From Camelus dromedarius (Eukaryota), in the NCBI RefSeq assembly GCF_036321535.1, contig NC_087450.1, positions 55,428,001 to 55,492,000 on the forward strand: a DNA stretch of 64,000 nucleotides. The letters are read 5' to 3'. Below the pieces are notes generated by a model. The model was not told the DNA's origin, searched no databases, and saw only the letters and a program-made list of their open reading frames with translations. The position numbers and the translations under genes are program-made. This document shows, piece after piece, positions 12,131-25,368 of this stretch. The stretch's first letter is position 1. Every line of letters starts with the position of its first letter.

Positions 12131-13289
12131 TCATTTGACTTTTTGAGAGTATTATGTTTTATATATTTCCAAACGAAAAAACTTTACCTACAATCCAATT
12201 ACCTTTAAACATTTGAATTAAAGCTTGATCTGGAGTCAACTAATATTTGGAATTTGCTTTTCAAATACTTTCTGTTACAAATTATAACATATTTTATGTG
12301 TCAGTTTGAATATATCAGCCAAATTTTATCTCAAAGATTGGCTAGCTCATTGAGCTTCTTGAGATTTAAACAATTTTTCTGTTGTTTCTCAGATTATTAA
12401 AAATCATCAGACTTCTTTAGTAAATACTAATTTTTGCCAAGGTAAACATTATATATGCACATATACATATATATACACTCTGTTTCACAGAATAAACTTT
12501 AAGAAATTAATAAGCCCCTTTCACATATGCTCTAAAAGAATAGTTACATTTTCCTAGATTAGGGAGCTGATATATTACATAGGTTAGAGCCAAAATAGAT
12601 CTGTCTGATCCTACCCCTCTCATGCTGCTTTACATTTTCAAACCTTAATAGAGTAGGGGTTAGCCATTATGCTTATGCGGAAATCTGCAGTGCACAAAGA
12701 AGATGAGAAACATTTATACTGAATTAGAATGATCCTCTGGACTTTTGCTTTCCAAAACCCTGCAGTGCCTTGGACACTGTCATGAAATTAGCTTCTGTCA
12801 AAATACTTTTCCTTATAGCACTCAGGGTGGTAGTGGTGATGATGCTGATAGATCATTTTCCAATCATAAATCACCTAATGTTTCACAGTCTGAATAGTAA
12901 ATCTATTTCATTTTATAAGGCCAACAAACAACATAATAAAATCCACATACAACACTAGAAGTAATAAACCTGAGATATGGTAAATTTACTGCAATAAGTT
13001 GTTCATAAATTTGTGTCTGTAGAATAATAAAAAGTACAAGGAGAGACAAGTGTAAGTGTACAAAAGACACCCTTAATGGTCTTGCTGTTTCAAACTCAGT
13101 TCCTTTTGAGTATAAATGACAATAAATGACCTCCTATTTGAAAATGGGTTAGTTAACTGTCTCATTATTTACAAGTGTTCAAACTCATCCATCATTTTAT
13201 ATCTTACAATGCTTTCCAATAAACCTGCTATAATGTTCTTTATTTTTCTTACCTCGGAAAAAAAAAAGTCTCCTAATATAAGTAAATAC

Positions 13290-13440
13290 CTCTTCTGTTT
13301 CCTTCAGAACCTGACTTCTCACATGAACCATCTACATCGATTATCTTCAATTTCTTACCTCCCACTCACTTTTCAACCAACTGCAGTGTGATACCCATAT
13401 TCACCACTATTTCCTTAACATTGCCCGCAACTCATTTATT
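13290..13440 (-). mobile_element. L2 fragment
   Basis: Minus strand GGTTGAAAAGTGAGTGGGAGGTAAGAAATTGAAGATAATCGATGTAGA resembles L2 internal sequence. Confidence 0.4.
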
Positions 13441-15309
13441 TATTTCACTTGGAAATCATTTTGCAACACGTGAAACTCCTTTCACTTTTTACAGTCACAG
13501 TCAAATCTTGTTCACAACTCAAAGAGTTTTATATAGATCAAGAAACTTGGCTCAAGCATCAATGTGGTCATTTATTTGATGTGTCATTTGAGGTAAACAA
13601 AATTGTATTAAGTAGCAAGGAGTTATTTGCTTAAGGGACATTTATTCTACATAATCCTGAACAGAGACCTCATTCATTTGCTGTTCTATATTTATCTCTA
13701 ATGACAGCCCTGCTGATATGAAGCTTAGAAGCTTCCCTTCTTCATGTGAACAGAAATATTAGGGAGAAAAAAACACAAATCATAGACAAGTCATGATGTA
13801 AAATTGTCCCTAAAACAACAGGACAATTACAGTAAAATAAGAGTCCATATTTTATATGACAAGGCAAAGCTGTTAGAATAAATTGCATGTATAGATGAGT
13901 TAGGTATCAGGGAACTCAAGTCTAGATCTGAGATGAATTCTAATAATAAATTATTATATTTCTTAAAGGTGGAATGCCTAAGGAAGCCCACTGAAATATT
14001 CCTTAAGCATGTAACATTCATGATACATAGAACCATACCTGTAATCATCCTTAAATTCCCTTCCTGAACTATGAAGTTGTAAGTTAGAATAAATTACTCC
14101 AGATTCTCCCCCTTCCTTATTCTGTCTTATAATCACCAAGTTCTACTTATTCAAATTCCTTAGTATCTGTTTCACATTATTGATACATTTAAATAAATAT
14201 TGCATTTTCCTTAATCATAATTTTATATATCATTACATTACATACATTATATACTTATGTTTACATTATTATAAGTATATGCTGTCAAAAATTCTTTGTA
14301 AGTATATATTTTCACAGTTTTTTTTACTATAAGCTACATGTATTAAAGTTTATTTCCTATTTTAATAATTAAAGACATGTATAATTTCTAATTGAAATTC
14401 CTGCTGCCCTAACATTAATATTGGATTGTTTTATTTATGGTCAAAATTAAATAGACAGTATGATTTATGATTATTGACAGAAGAAAATAATCCTATCAAG
14501 TGACTGACTTCCCCATAGTTTATTCAACTATCACTTTCTTGATAAAAATTTATAATGTATAATTTTCTACTTTTCTTCATCTTTGTAATTCATATCATTA
14601 TGGAGATCTTTGTGCATAATATTTTCCACATACTGTTTCTTTAGGTTTGACTTCCACTAGAGTAATCACTGGTTCTTTGAAATCTTTATATTATCAAATT
14701 ACTGCTCAAAATTGTTATGCCAGGTAACAATCCTACTATTTTCTCAGTTAAGAAGCAAAAACAAAACATACCCACAATGTCACTTGTTCACTTCACCCGC
14801 TCAGCCACTTTTAGTGGCTGTCATCTGAACAGCTCAGAGAAATACATGTGTACATCCTCAGAGTCTTCCCAAAGACCCAAAGAATGTCTTTATATTATTT
14901 AGGTGTGAAAAAGTTTGTAAATGGTTATCCAGTAAATTAGGAAACTGTCCATGACTTTGGGATAAACTGCAAGGGAGAATTCGGTGAGGTGTGTATTACA
15001 TTGTAACTGAAGCGGTGGTATGTCTGCTATATAACTGGTGCCTATGAATAGGCTGAGGCCAGAGACATCTGTGCCGTTCCGCCTGCCCATAAAGTCCAGT
15101 GATTCACCAGCCACTTCATAGTCCCATTCCCCTCTTGTCAGCATATTTTGAAGTAAACCTTGTATTAGTTGAATCTAACATTAGCAAGAAATCTGGCTGT
15201 GATTTACATAGCTGCTAGTTGCCAATGTAATCACATTTGCCTCTCTGGTGTAACATTTAAATAAATGAAACATCATTTTACTCATTTACAATGTACATTT
15301 TATGTTTCG

Positions 15310-15880
15310 TTCTGTATTTTTATATAAACTTTTTATTGAAACATAACATAAATGTGGAAAAATTTACAGCCATGTCAGAACACAGAATGTTATCACAGTC
15401 CAGGACTCTCAACCCCATGATCCTTTCAAGTATTTAATAGTCACCCTGAGGATAACCATATTTTCACCCCAAACCATAGATTAATGTTGTTTATCTTCTA
15501 TATGTATTATATTATTGGAATTATAAAAACACATATTACTTCGCCTCTGGCTTTTTTCAAACTCAAGTTTGAGTTTTTTTGCAAATTTATGTGCATTTTT
15601 GTACTTTGTTAATTTTCATTACAATAGAGTATGAATATACCACAGCTTGTGTGTGTCCATTCTCCCATATGCAGTGCTTCAGTGATAACTGTAGAAAATG
15701 TCTTTTGGTGGAGGAATATGCATGTTTAGGTTTGGTATAAGTGTAAATACTGAGTCATAGTGTACGGATACGTTCAGTAGATACTCTCGGAATTCCAAAG
15801 TGATTTTACAAATTGAAATCCCCCAAAGTAGGTTCATTAGCTTTATGATAAAATAGAAATAATATAAAAATTTGTATATT
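15310..15880 (-). mobile_element. Old L1 (L1ME-like) 3' end
   Basis: CTTTTTATTGAAACATAACATA ... GAATATACCACAGCTTGT ... CAAAGTGATTTTACAAATT, typical antisense old-L1 3' text. Confidence 0.6.
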
Positions 15881-15884
15881 TTCA

Positions 15885-16085
15885 ATCATTTTTAAGCATA
15901 CAATTCAGTGGCATTAGTTAAATTCACAATTTGTACAACTATTACAATCTACTTCCAAAAATTGTCATTACAGAAACACAAACTGTGTCCATTTAGCAGT
16001 AACTCCCCATTCCTCCCTTCTGGCCTCTGATCATCTGTACTGTATTTTCTATCTCAATGAATTTGCTTATTCAAGGTATTTCAGT
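15885..16085 (-). mobile_element. L1MB-like 3' end fragment
   Basis: TTTTTAAGCATACAATTCAGTGGCATTAG ... GCAGTAACTCCCCATTCCTCCC ... CTCAATGAATTTGCTTATT. Confidence 0.7.
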
Positions 16086-16239
16086 TAGCAGACATTTGGC
16101 CCTGCCCAAAACCTCCTTTAGACCTTTTGTCCACGTCAAAATGTCGTTGACACTTGTTCCTATCTGAAACCATTTAGCATTGATCAAATACACTCATGGA
16201 GGTTTTGGATAGGACCAAACATCATATATATTCTTTTCG

Positions 16240-17930
16240 TATTCTTTTCTGTTATGTTTTTTCAGTTTTATTGAAGACCACTTCATCTGTTTTTCTTTTG
16301 TTCCTCATGCTTTTGGTGTCATATATAAAAAGTTCTTGCCAAATCTAAGATGAAAATTTATCTGTATGATTTCTTCTAAGAGTTTTATGCCTTTAGCTCT
16401 TAAATCCAAGTCTCGGATCCATTTTTAGTAATTTTTAAAATATGATTTAAGTTTATTCTTGTGCATGTGGAAATTCAGCAGTACTTTTGAGTGTTTTGAT
16501 TCTACAATCTCATAAACATCTGACATTTTCTGTGTTTTCATTTTAGCCATTCTTCTGATGTATAAAGGTTTCATACTCTGCTTCTAATTTGTATTTACAC
16601 ATGTAACTGTATTTACTGTGAAGATCAGTACTTTTTCATTTGGATATCCTACTTTGTAAAGTACATATTCCAGTCTTTTTTGCATTTTTTAATTGGAGAT
16701 GACCGAGAGGTGTATGTGTGTGTGAGTGTGTGTGCACATAAATAAATAAGGGGGGACGGAGAGGAGGGAGAAAGGAGGGAAATATCTTGTGGCTTACCTT
16801 CTCATTCTTTTTTTTTTTTTTTTGTATTGAAAGTAGCAATTTTATTTGAGTTAAAGTTATTTTTCTTTTTTCTTTATTTTTTATGATGACTTTTTGATTG
16901 TATTGCAGTTGAAAATACAATTTTCCCCATTATGATTAATGATTTGTTGACCCATTTAAAACATTTTGCTAACTCAATTTATGGAGATATTCTGTTTTAT
17001 CTTCTGGTAGTTTTACTTTATACATTTAGATTTGGGGGTCAACTTTGTTTTTTTTTTATGTGTAATATAAGATAGGAATCTATATTCTTAAAAAAATATG
17101 TTGATATATATTTAGCTCAGCAACAATTATTTAAAAAAAAAATCTTTCACCTTCATAATCTGGTGGCTCATTTTTATGTATCAGGGGACTGCATGAATTT
17201 GAAATTTTTGCAACTCTTCTGCATATCATTGGTCTAATTGTCTATACTTTCACAACTCTCTAAACTCTTAATTGCTAAAGCTTTATAATGAATTTTAATA
17301 TAAATTAGAGTAAGTCATCCAGATTTTTCTTCTTGAAAATAGCTTAGCTATGTAAGACCCTTTGTACTTATAATTTTATAGCATGCCATTTTCAACAAAC
17401 ATAACAGAACATTCTACCTGGTTTTTATTTATATCAAATTCAATCAAAATATTTATTTGAGAAAAAGTTGTCATCTTTATAATCTCAAATCTTATCCAAG
17501 TACAATGAATATCCGTGTGTGTGTGTGTGTGTAGGTATATATGTCTGTACATGCATGTGTATATATACATATCTATCTATAATTTCTCACAATAATGCTT
17601 TGCAACCTCTAATGTCAAGATTTTAAGTGTGTTTTATTATTATTTAGTTATTTGATATGGTTAATATTACTATGAATTGAATCATATTGAAAGTTCATTT
17701 TCTAACTGTACATTGCTGGTACATACATGTCAAATTTATTTTTAATTGACTTGACTTTTATACAACCAGCATGCTCAGTTCATTAATTCCTAGAGTTTGC
17801 CAGGAGATGATTTTGGATTTTCTACATGTGTAATGCGATAATCTATGAATAATGAGAGTTTTATTTATTTCTCTTCCATTTTTTGCCCCTTCTTCTTGTT
17901 CTCCTATTGCACTGGCTAAATTCTCAGGGT
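16240..17930 (-). mobile_element. Old L1 ORF2 fragments
   Basis: TTTTGGTGTCATATATAAAAAGTTCTTGCC, TTTTGGATTTTCTACATGTGTAAT, CCTATTGCACTGGCTA are antisense L1 ORF2 motifs. Boundaries approximate. Confidence 0.6.
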
Positions 17931-18619
17931 CCCCCAATCAGAAAGACTTCAGCCCAAGTTACTATGCAAGTCACTATGGGACTCCTATTCTTTGTCTCTC
18001 CCCAGTCTTAGTGGTGCAGTAAAACTACACGGCTGCTGGTGGAATTGGCTCCTTACCCCTTTATTGAATACATTTCCTTTGCTCTAGTCCTCTTATCTCT
18101 GTCAGTAAAATATAGTTCAGTGGCCTGTAACTTGTAGTGAGTTATCCCATCACCTTATTTTCTTTTTGACGTACATCCACAAATGTGCCTGTTTTGGAGT
18201 ATGTGAGCTTTTGAAGGGACACGTGTGACCTGCATTATATGGACTTCAGCCTCCTGCCCCAGCCGTATGTAGGGGGTAATTAGGTGCTACTTGTGATGGT
18301 GGAGCTAATTCACATTCCATTTTTACATCTTTGTTTATATCCTATTGACTTGACTACTAGCTTTTTGTATATGTTCTCACATTCTCACTTCCTCACCCTA
18401 ACATCCGGGCAACTGCAGACCTAATCAACTTTAGTTCTTCAAGACCTTGCAAAACTAACCATCTTTTTCTATCTCCAATATTGTCCTCTAATTCAAAACA
18501 ATGATCAACTCTATGATTTTAAATCCAATTTTCCCGATCTTCAAAAGAAACATTATTTGCCTTTATTAATTTTCTCTGTCACCATGGGAATCAATTGCAT
18601 TGGAAATACCAAATAACTA

Positions 18620-19465
18620 TGGTTTTGGTTTTGGTGATTTTTTTGTAATCTTCACTATCTGAATTCAGGCTTGGCTTATGGCTTGCTGTTATGGTCTGGA
18701 TATTTGTGTCCCCTCAAAAATCTTGTGTAAAAATCCTAAACCCCAATATGATGATTGTATTAGCAGGTGGGGCCTCTGAGATATAAATGGATCATGAGGT
18801 TGGAGCCCTCATGAAGAGAATTAGTGCCTATATGAAAGAGACCCAGAGAGCTCTTTCTCTCCTCTGCCACGTGAGGGTACAATGAGGAAACCAAAACCTG
18901 GCCATGTCGGCATCCTGATCTCAGGCTTCCAGCCTCTAGCACTTTGAGAAGTAAATTTCTACTATTTATAAGACACCTACTCAATGGTATTTTATTGGAG
19001 TGGCCTGAACTGAGACACTTTTGGAATACAACATGACAAAAAATTAACGGTGTCAGTCTTTGCCTAAACTTTAAGATACATATTCTTAAAACTTCCACTT
19101 CTAAGCCCTTAGAAATCCTAAATTCTCATGTCAGAATTCTAGATGAGACCACATGAAGAGAAAATACGGACAGCCCATGTGGAAAGAGTGAGACCTTTGA
19201 GATTACACGTAGCAGAACTGAAAATCCAGACCATGCCAACCTAGCTCCCTTAGCTAACCCTCCACCACAAGCATTTTCCTCGCTAAGACACTAGACACAG
19301 GACTAGCCAAGCCGCTGCAGATTTCTCAGCCCCACCAGTCATCGAGGTGAGACTGGGTAAATCTATTGCCCTGTGTGAAATCAAGAGAAACAATAAAGTG
19401 ATGGCTATTTTAAGGTACAAAGTTTTGGGGGTAGCTTGTTATATGGAAGAAGATTAAAAAAGACA
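18620..19465 (+). mobile_element. Older MaLR LTR (MLT1F/G-like), split by a younger MLT1A-like LTR
   Basis: GGCTTGGCTTATGGCTTGC resumes as CTTTTGGAATACAACATGAC. The 3' end reads AAGTTTTGGGGGTAGCTTGTTAT ... AAGACA. Confidence 0.6.
18687..19017 (+). mobile_element. MaLR solo LTR (MLT1A-like)
   Basis: TGTTATGGTCTGGATATTTGTGTCCCCTC ... GGAGCCCTCATGAAG ... CTGATCTCAGGCTTCCAGCCTCTAG ... CTGAACTGAGACA. Confidence 0.85.
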
Positions 19466-19800
19466 GAAATTACACTAGAAATTGGCTGTGGTAACAAAAA
19501 CTCAAAAGATGAAGCACTGGATTTAGTATCAAGAAGCAAGTGTGGACCTAAATAACTTTGAAGAGACTGTTGGGAACAGCTAGAGAAAAGGGGACCCTAA
19601 TATCATGTGTTGACAGAAAGATTAGTGAAACTGCCACCTACAGTCACGTGGAAGGTGGAAAGTGTACCTAATAAGCTTGTGAATCTGGCGGAGGGAACAC
19701 CCAGGGAGAGTGATGAAGGTACCAATTGGCTTCTTTACTTTGTCTGTACGATAAAGTGAGAAGTGAGATGAGCTAAGGGAGGAACCGCTGAGATTTGTCT
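19466..19800 (+). mobile_element. MaLR internal (MLT1-int) 5' fragment
   Basis: Directly follows the LTR end. GCTGTGGTAACAAAAACTCAAAAG ... CAGTCACGTGGAAGGTGGAAAGTGTACCTAATAAGCTTG is MLT-int-like. Confidence 0.6.
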
Positions 19801-21855
19801 CAAGTTTGCCTCAATCCATTCTAATTTAAATGCAACATCTCATGAGCTGATGCTTTGTTTGAGGGGAATGAAAACAAGCAATGGGAAACTGTCCAGGGAG
19901 AAATCTCTGCAAAAAATTAAAGGATAGAGTTTCAGAAGTTATGCATTTATTAGTATTACTGTATCTTAATAAGGAAAGGTACTTCAGAGTTTTTTAAGCT
20001 TTGGGAAAAAGACCCATTTTATACATATTTGGCACATTAGAAACTAGTCTGGAACAAAGGAATTAGTTGCCCAGTGGCACACAAGCTGGTGAATGAAAAA
20101 GTTGAAAATAAAATCTAGCTCTCCTGACATCTTTCTTGCTACCCAGCATTGAAGTTTTCTTCTCTTTGCAAAGTGAGACATCTGAAGGCTTAACTGTCAA
20201 ACTGAATCCAGGCTGTTTGGCAGTGTCTTGGGGAGAAATAATCTAATGGGCCGAAATGAAGAGAGGAAAATAGTTCTCAGCAAGTGGCATCCACTTACTT
20301 GATATTTTTCTTTTCCTTTATTGTTATAGACATGTTAATGGCCAGTGTGAGAAGGTTCTTTTGTGAATCAGGTTAGGGCTACAGTTGTTCAAAAAAGCTC
20401 ATTAGCAATTTATGAAGAGCAGCAAAACTCATTTTCCCTTAATGTGAAATCACTTCAGCCTGTCACTAGAGGAAGAATTTTTGAGAAGTGAATTGACCAC
20501 ATACAGATCCATTCTATCTTTAACAAACAAAAAAAAAAGTCATCCAAAGGGAAAATATATTGCAATAATAAGGTATGTGTAACACTCAGGCAGAGTCAAA
20601 CCCAGTTAATATGGTTTTCTGAATTGGGCTTCTTGTCTCATTTGCCTACTGTGGGTACCCCTCAGGTGGACTTCACAGACCTGAGTTATCTGTCTGTCAG
20701 AGAGCAGCAGTGTCTCCTTGACTTAGAATTTCATTAAAACAACAAAAGGGTTAGTTGGGAACGACCAAATCCACACTCTGGAAGAGAGATACATGGAGTT
20801 TACCACATTCACATTCTGTGCAACGCTGAATGATTAAGTTGACTGGAGTGGACTGTGCTCTCCGTTCCTGGTGCTTCCCCCTTAAGAAATAAACAAGAAC
20901 TGTTACTCAGGGGGGCTGATGAGATAAATCTGTGTTGGATGAGACCAGTTTTCTGTGATCTGTGTGTGGCTCCCATAGGCTTATCTTATGCTCTCTCACT
21001 TGACAGCTGGGATATCTAGGTCTTGCTCTAGAGTGTTTCAAACCCTTATCTTTCACACCAGTGCATTTGGCTGAGGTTCAGAATTCAAGTACTAAGTCTT
21101 TATCTGATATATTCTTCATTGCAAATTTCTGACTGTCTATTCAATCCATTAACCCCAGGAGAGGTTGTGTGGCATTATAGCTTTGTGATTACTTTGGGCA
21201 TGCCATATCTGAACTTTCTCTGTCACAGTCATCATTGTTCTGACCTCTGTTTGTTAGTAAACAAGTTTGTGGATCCCCAGGGGAGAATTGTGCTGGTCAG
21301 CATAGACAGCAACTATATACATCAATTTGATCTTCATAAAGCAACAATTGTATAACTTAATACAATGAAGATTTGCTAAAGTTATTATTAATATTTTACA
21401 GAATAAAACAAAAATGCATATTTTAGAAAAAGATAACTAGAGATTTAAAAATATATAGTGTTTGAAATGATCCATTAACTCCTTTACCCACTGAGTCAAT
21501 TCCATAAAAAACAGAGAACATCACAGTGATAACAAATCTGTCAATAGGTTAAAATCTGCAATGCCTTTTCATCCTATAGAGTTTGATCTGAAATAGTATT
21601 GTTCAGTGTTATATATATATTGTGAGTGATGGGCAGACAGATTTAACATCTTTTGGTTTGTGAGTATCTTTGTTCATATCTATGAAAATTCATTTGGTTG
21701 AATATTTCTAAGTGGAAATGTATCAGGATGTCAATATCTCACAAGGCCATGGAATTGGACACTGCCTAATGATATTTGGGTGCTAATGCCTAAGATATTT
21801 GTTCTAATATGACCCCTGCTCTACTTTCTACATACTAGTTGAAGATGAAGGTACT

Positions 21856-22194
21856 TATCTTTGTCCCTTTGGGCTACTATAGCAAAACACCACAGACTGA
21901 GTAGCTTATAAATAATAGAAATTTATTTCTCACAATTACAGAGGTTGAAAATCTAAGATCAGGGTGCCAACATAGTCAGGTGAAGGTCTTCTTCCTGTTC
22001 CCAGACTTCTCATTGCATCCTCACATGGAGAGGGAGGTTGAGAGTTCTGGTGTCTCTTTTATAAGAGCACTAATCTCATTCATGAAGGTGTTGCCCTTGT
22101 GACCTAATCACCTCCCAAGGGCCCAACCTACTAATACCATCACCTTTGGGGATTAGAATTTCCAAGGGAGGACACAAATACTCAATCCATAGCA
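21856..22194 (-). mobile_element. MaLR solo LTR (MLT1A-like)
   Basis: TTTGGGCTACTATAGCAAAACACCACAGACTG ... GAAATTTATTTCTCAC ... CTAATCACCTCCCAAGG ... TCCATAGCA. TSD GTACT/GTACC. Confidence 0.85.
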
Positions 22195-23654
22195 GTACCG
22201 CACATCAGCATGGAAAACTTCAGGAGTTTGCCACCAAGAGAAAAATAATGTAAGATTAATGTTCATCAAGCGAGAATCTAGAAATTCCAAAAAGACAGTT
22301 TTTTTATCCAAAGACTTAAGAGAGATCGTTTTTTAAAAATGATAAAGTATGCTCTGCACTTGGTTCTCTAGGCTTCAATTTTAACCCATTAAACATTTTT
22401 GGAAAATAGTAAAACCATATAGAAAGAAAATTTACATAGTACTTGGTGGGTGTTTCATTTTATAAGTAAGGTTCTAGGGCCTAGACAGACAGAAACTGTT
22501 ACTTGCACAGCTTTAAGTCATGTTTTTATCAACACATGAACTCATATTGTGAACAACAGCAACAATGAAAATATAGTGTGTTACAGTAAACCTATTATAA
22601 TCTAGCAATTTCTAGTTATTTCAATGGTGTATAGCAGTTCCTAAACCATTGCTTGATAGGTAGATCTTTAAATTAGTTTAGGTGACCATGACACTTCCAT
22701 AAAGTTAATTTTTTTCCCCAAATTTGAGAAGTCAAAGCTTCCAGCAGATCTGTTTTTATAACTATCTTCTCAAGAATTTTACTGGAGGAATAAGCTTTAC
22801 ATCAAAAATTTTGGATACAGATATTAAGTCTCCAATCCATTAATTAAAGGATATGTGGAAATTATCTAAATTATGAGTATCAGTTTTTTCTCAAGGAAAA
22901 AAAAAGGGAATTAAATGACATGGGCTTACAACGATTGGCAGACAGTAAGTTGATAGATGTGAAGTTCTTACCTCAGTATTTGGCCTTTGGTTTTTAGAAA
23001 ATGAAATATTAACATTCACCGCTTGGATATTCTTCAACCGTATTATGCTATTTTATGATTTTTATCATTATTTTTTGGATTTTTGACAAAGTTCAATTCC
23101 ATATTAAAAACTATAAAACATGATAGTTTTCTTCTCTCCCAAAGAGAAAGTTTAATGGGGATTACCTACTCACTCATCTCTAACTAAAATGAAAACGACA
23201 ATCTGATGAAAGAATAATTCTTCCTTTGAAAATTTGCATTTTGCTATGCAAGCATTTGTACTTGAACCATAAGTATAGGGGATAGCCAAGTTAGCTATAA
23301 ATAATAAAATTTAAAGAGGGGGTTGGAGTGACAGGATTCTCATCTTTGTAGCTCATCACACTCACTGGTGATGGAGTAGAATTTCATATCCACCATTGAA
23401 TTACTTTGAGTTGTATATGATATAAAAACAATTTGAGGTGGCCAAATGTGTAGACTAGGGCAATCAACAGAAATGAAAATGGAAGAGATTCTACTTCTGA
23501 ATCAGGTGAAGGAAAGATTATCACATGGGACTAAGCCTAAACGTTCACAAATCCAAATAATATTTTTGATAGCCTGGAATAACCTCTACTGAAAGACGGA
23601 AAATGCCTGAGGCAAGGATTATAAATGGCTCATTGGCATCTATGTTTTTTAAGA

Positions 23655-23865
23655 CCGTTGACAAACTACAGCTCATGGTCAAATGTGGTCCACAGCCTGA
23701 TTTGATGGTACTGGAGCTAAGATTATTTTTTTTTTTTTTTGCATGTCCAAAAGTTTGTTAAAATCTTTTAAATTAAAACACAGAAGAATATTCAGCAAAG
23801 AACATGTACAGAAGTTCTAAGCCTTTATTCATTTGTCCTTACAGAAAAAGTAGTCCCTAATCCTG
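23655..23865. mobile_element. hAT-Charlie MITE (MER58-like)
   Basis: TTGACAAACTACAGCTCATGGTCAAATGTGGTCCACAGCCTG start; CCTTACAGAAAAAGTAGTCCCTAATCCTG end. Confidence 0.55.
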
Positions 23866-24899
23866 GTTAAGAGTAAGTCACTAACCCTGATGAGAAGACT
23901 TGAGGACAAGTTCTATCATTAATTTGTTCAAGGTTTTATTAATGGTATTATCAATAACACTGCTACATATAGGGTCATAGAAGTTAATAAATGAGATCCA
24001 TTTTCCCTGGGTCCTCAACATCTAATTGAGGAGAGAGACGTGAAAAAGTCAGCTGGTGTACATCTTGATACAGGCAGTGGTCAACAGAAGTACAGCGCAC
24101 AATGGGAGAAGGCACTATCTAACACAGGATGGGGTAAGGGACCAGAAGACTGGGTAAGTGAGAGTGTTCAGTAAGAAGTGATCCTTGCATGGAGTGAGTA
24201 GACTTTGTACCAAAACCATTTAAATAGAGTTCTTTACAAATCAATTTTGACAATGCTGTCCAAAGGTAGAAAAATATCACATATCCGTAACATGTATCCA
24301 TAGACATATATAAATATACAGATAGACCTATAATTTTCATCCCCAGATTTTAGCCACAAATCAAGTACAATAATACAAAACTCGCCAGTTTATTATTTAT
24401 GACTGAATCCAAGTCGTGTCCCTTGGCAGAGGCAAAAAGTTAAGATTGCTTGCTCAGATGGCTAAACCTTTCTACTAATATTTGTGAAGACTTTTAAGGT
24501 TTGTGTTTGCACTTAACGAGTAATCTTAGGGAGGCTGTGGACCAGACTTTGGGCAAGAGATCTTCTGTAGCCGTCTGCATATGAAGAAGCCTCTTTTCTC
24601 CTTTTCTTCTCAGTTTCAGGTCGTCATGAGCTGTGTGTTAGTTCTCTCCTGGGGTATTTACATTTCAAAAACATAGGATTTACATCTTCAAGAGACAGAG
24701 AAAGAAAGCAAGTTTTCCCCTAGGAGTTTTGGGATATACTTCTCTTTTATCAGATTTCTAGGGTAGTTATTATTTAAAATTTTCCTTTATGTTAGGGATT
24801 GGATGGCATGGGACACTTTGTCCATTTCACTGTCAATCACAACATTATCTCCTTCTCTCTAATCACTTTCCCAGTGATTCCACCTCTCAGTGTCCCAGT

Positions 24900-25368
24900 C
24901 AGGCTTAGTCACAAGCACTCAGATCTTAATTTGGGGTGCCTTGTGTCCTCCTAGCTTTGCAAAACAAAACAGCCTACCAAGGTCACCAACTTTTTATCCT
25001 GCTCCCCCACCTTGTCAGCTAGCCAAAGCTAGTAGAGCAGCGGATGCCTCTAACCTCTGCTTCCTTCCACTTTCTAACTTGAGCTTAAACTTCTAGTTGG
25101 GCACCAGGGGCCACAGAATTCCCCACAGCAGAGGCCGGCCCTCTGTAGCCGCCATTCGTTTCCATTCTTCTCCACGGTGCACTATGTGTATTTCCTCAAA
25201 CAAGTGTGTTAACGCAGCCAGCATTTTTGGGGTGTCCCCAGACTCACATGGCAGTCCACATATAAGCCACCCCTCCCCACAGAGAGGTTGATGACGAACC
25301 AGGGATTTCTGCTGCAGATGCCTCCTTCTCACGACCCATTTCTTCGGACTCCTGGCTGACTCACCGGT
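24900..25368 (-). mobile_element. ERV1-type internal leader region following the LTR, with tRNA-Arg PBS
   Basis: Minus strand CGGTGAGTCAGCCAGGAGT (plus 25348-25366) matches TGGCGAGCCAGCCAGGAGT, the complement of the tRNA-Arg(ACG) 3' end, at 16/19. It lies 2 nt from the LTR end. The distal boundary is uncertain. Confidence 0.7.

Noticed and set aside
13300-13580. Tigger transposase-like reading and a long open plus frame
   Set aside because: Part is better explained as L2, and no TIRs or DDE motifs were found.
14899-15144. 81-aa minus-strand ORF (MLTRGEWDYEVAG...)
   Set aside because: It looks protein-like but matches nothing I recognise and has no clear donor. The plus-strand reading is reported separately as a weak candidate.
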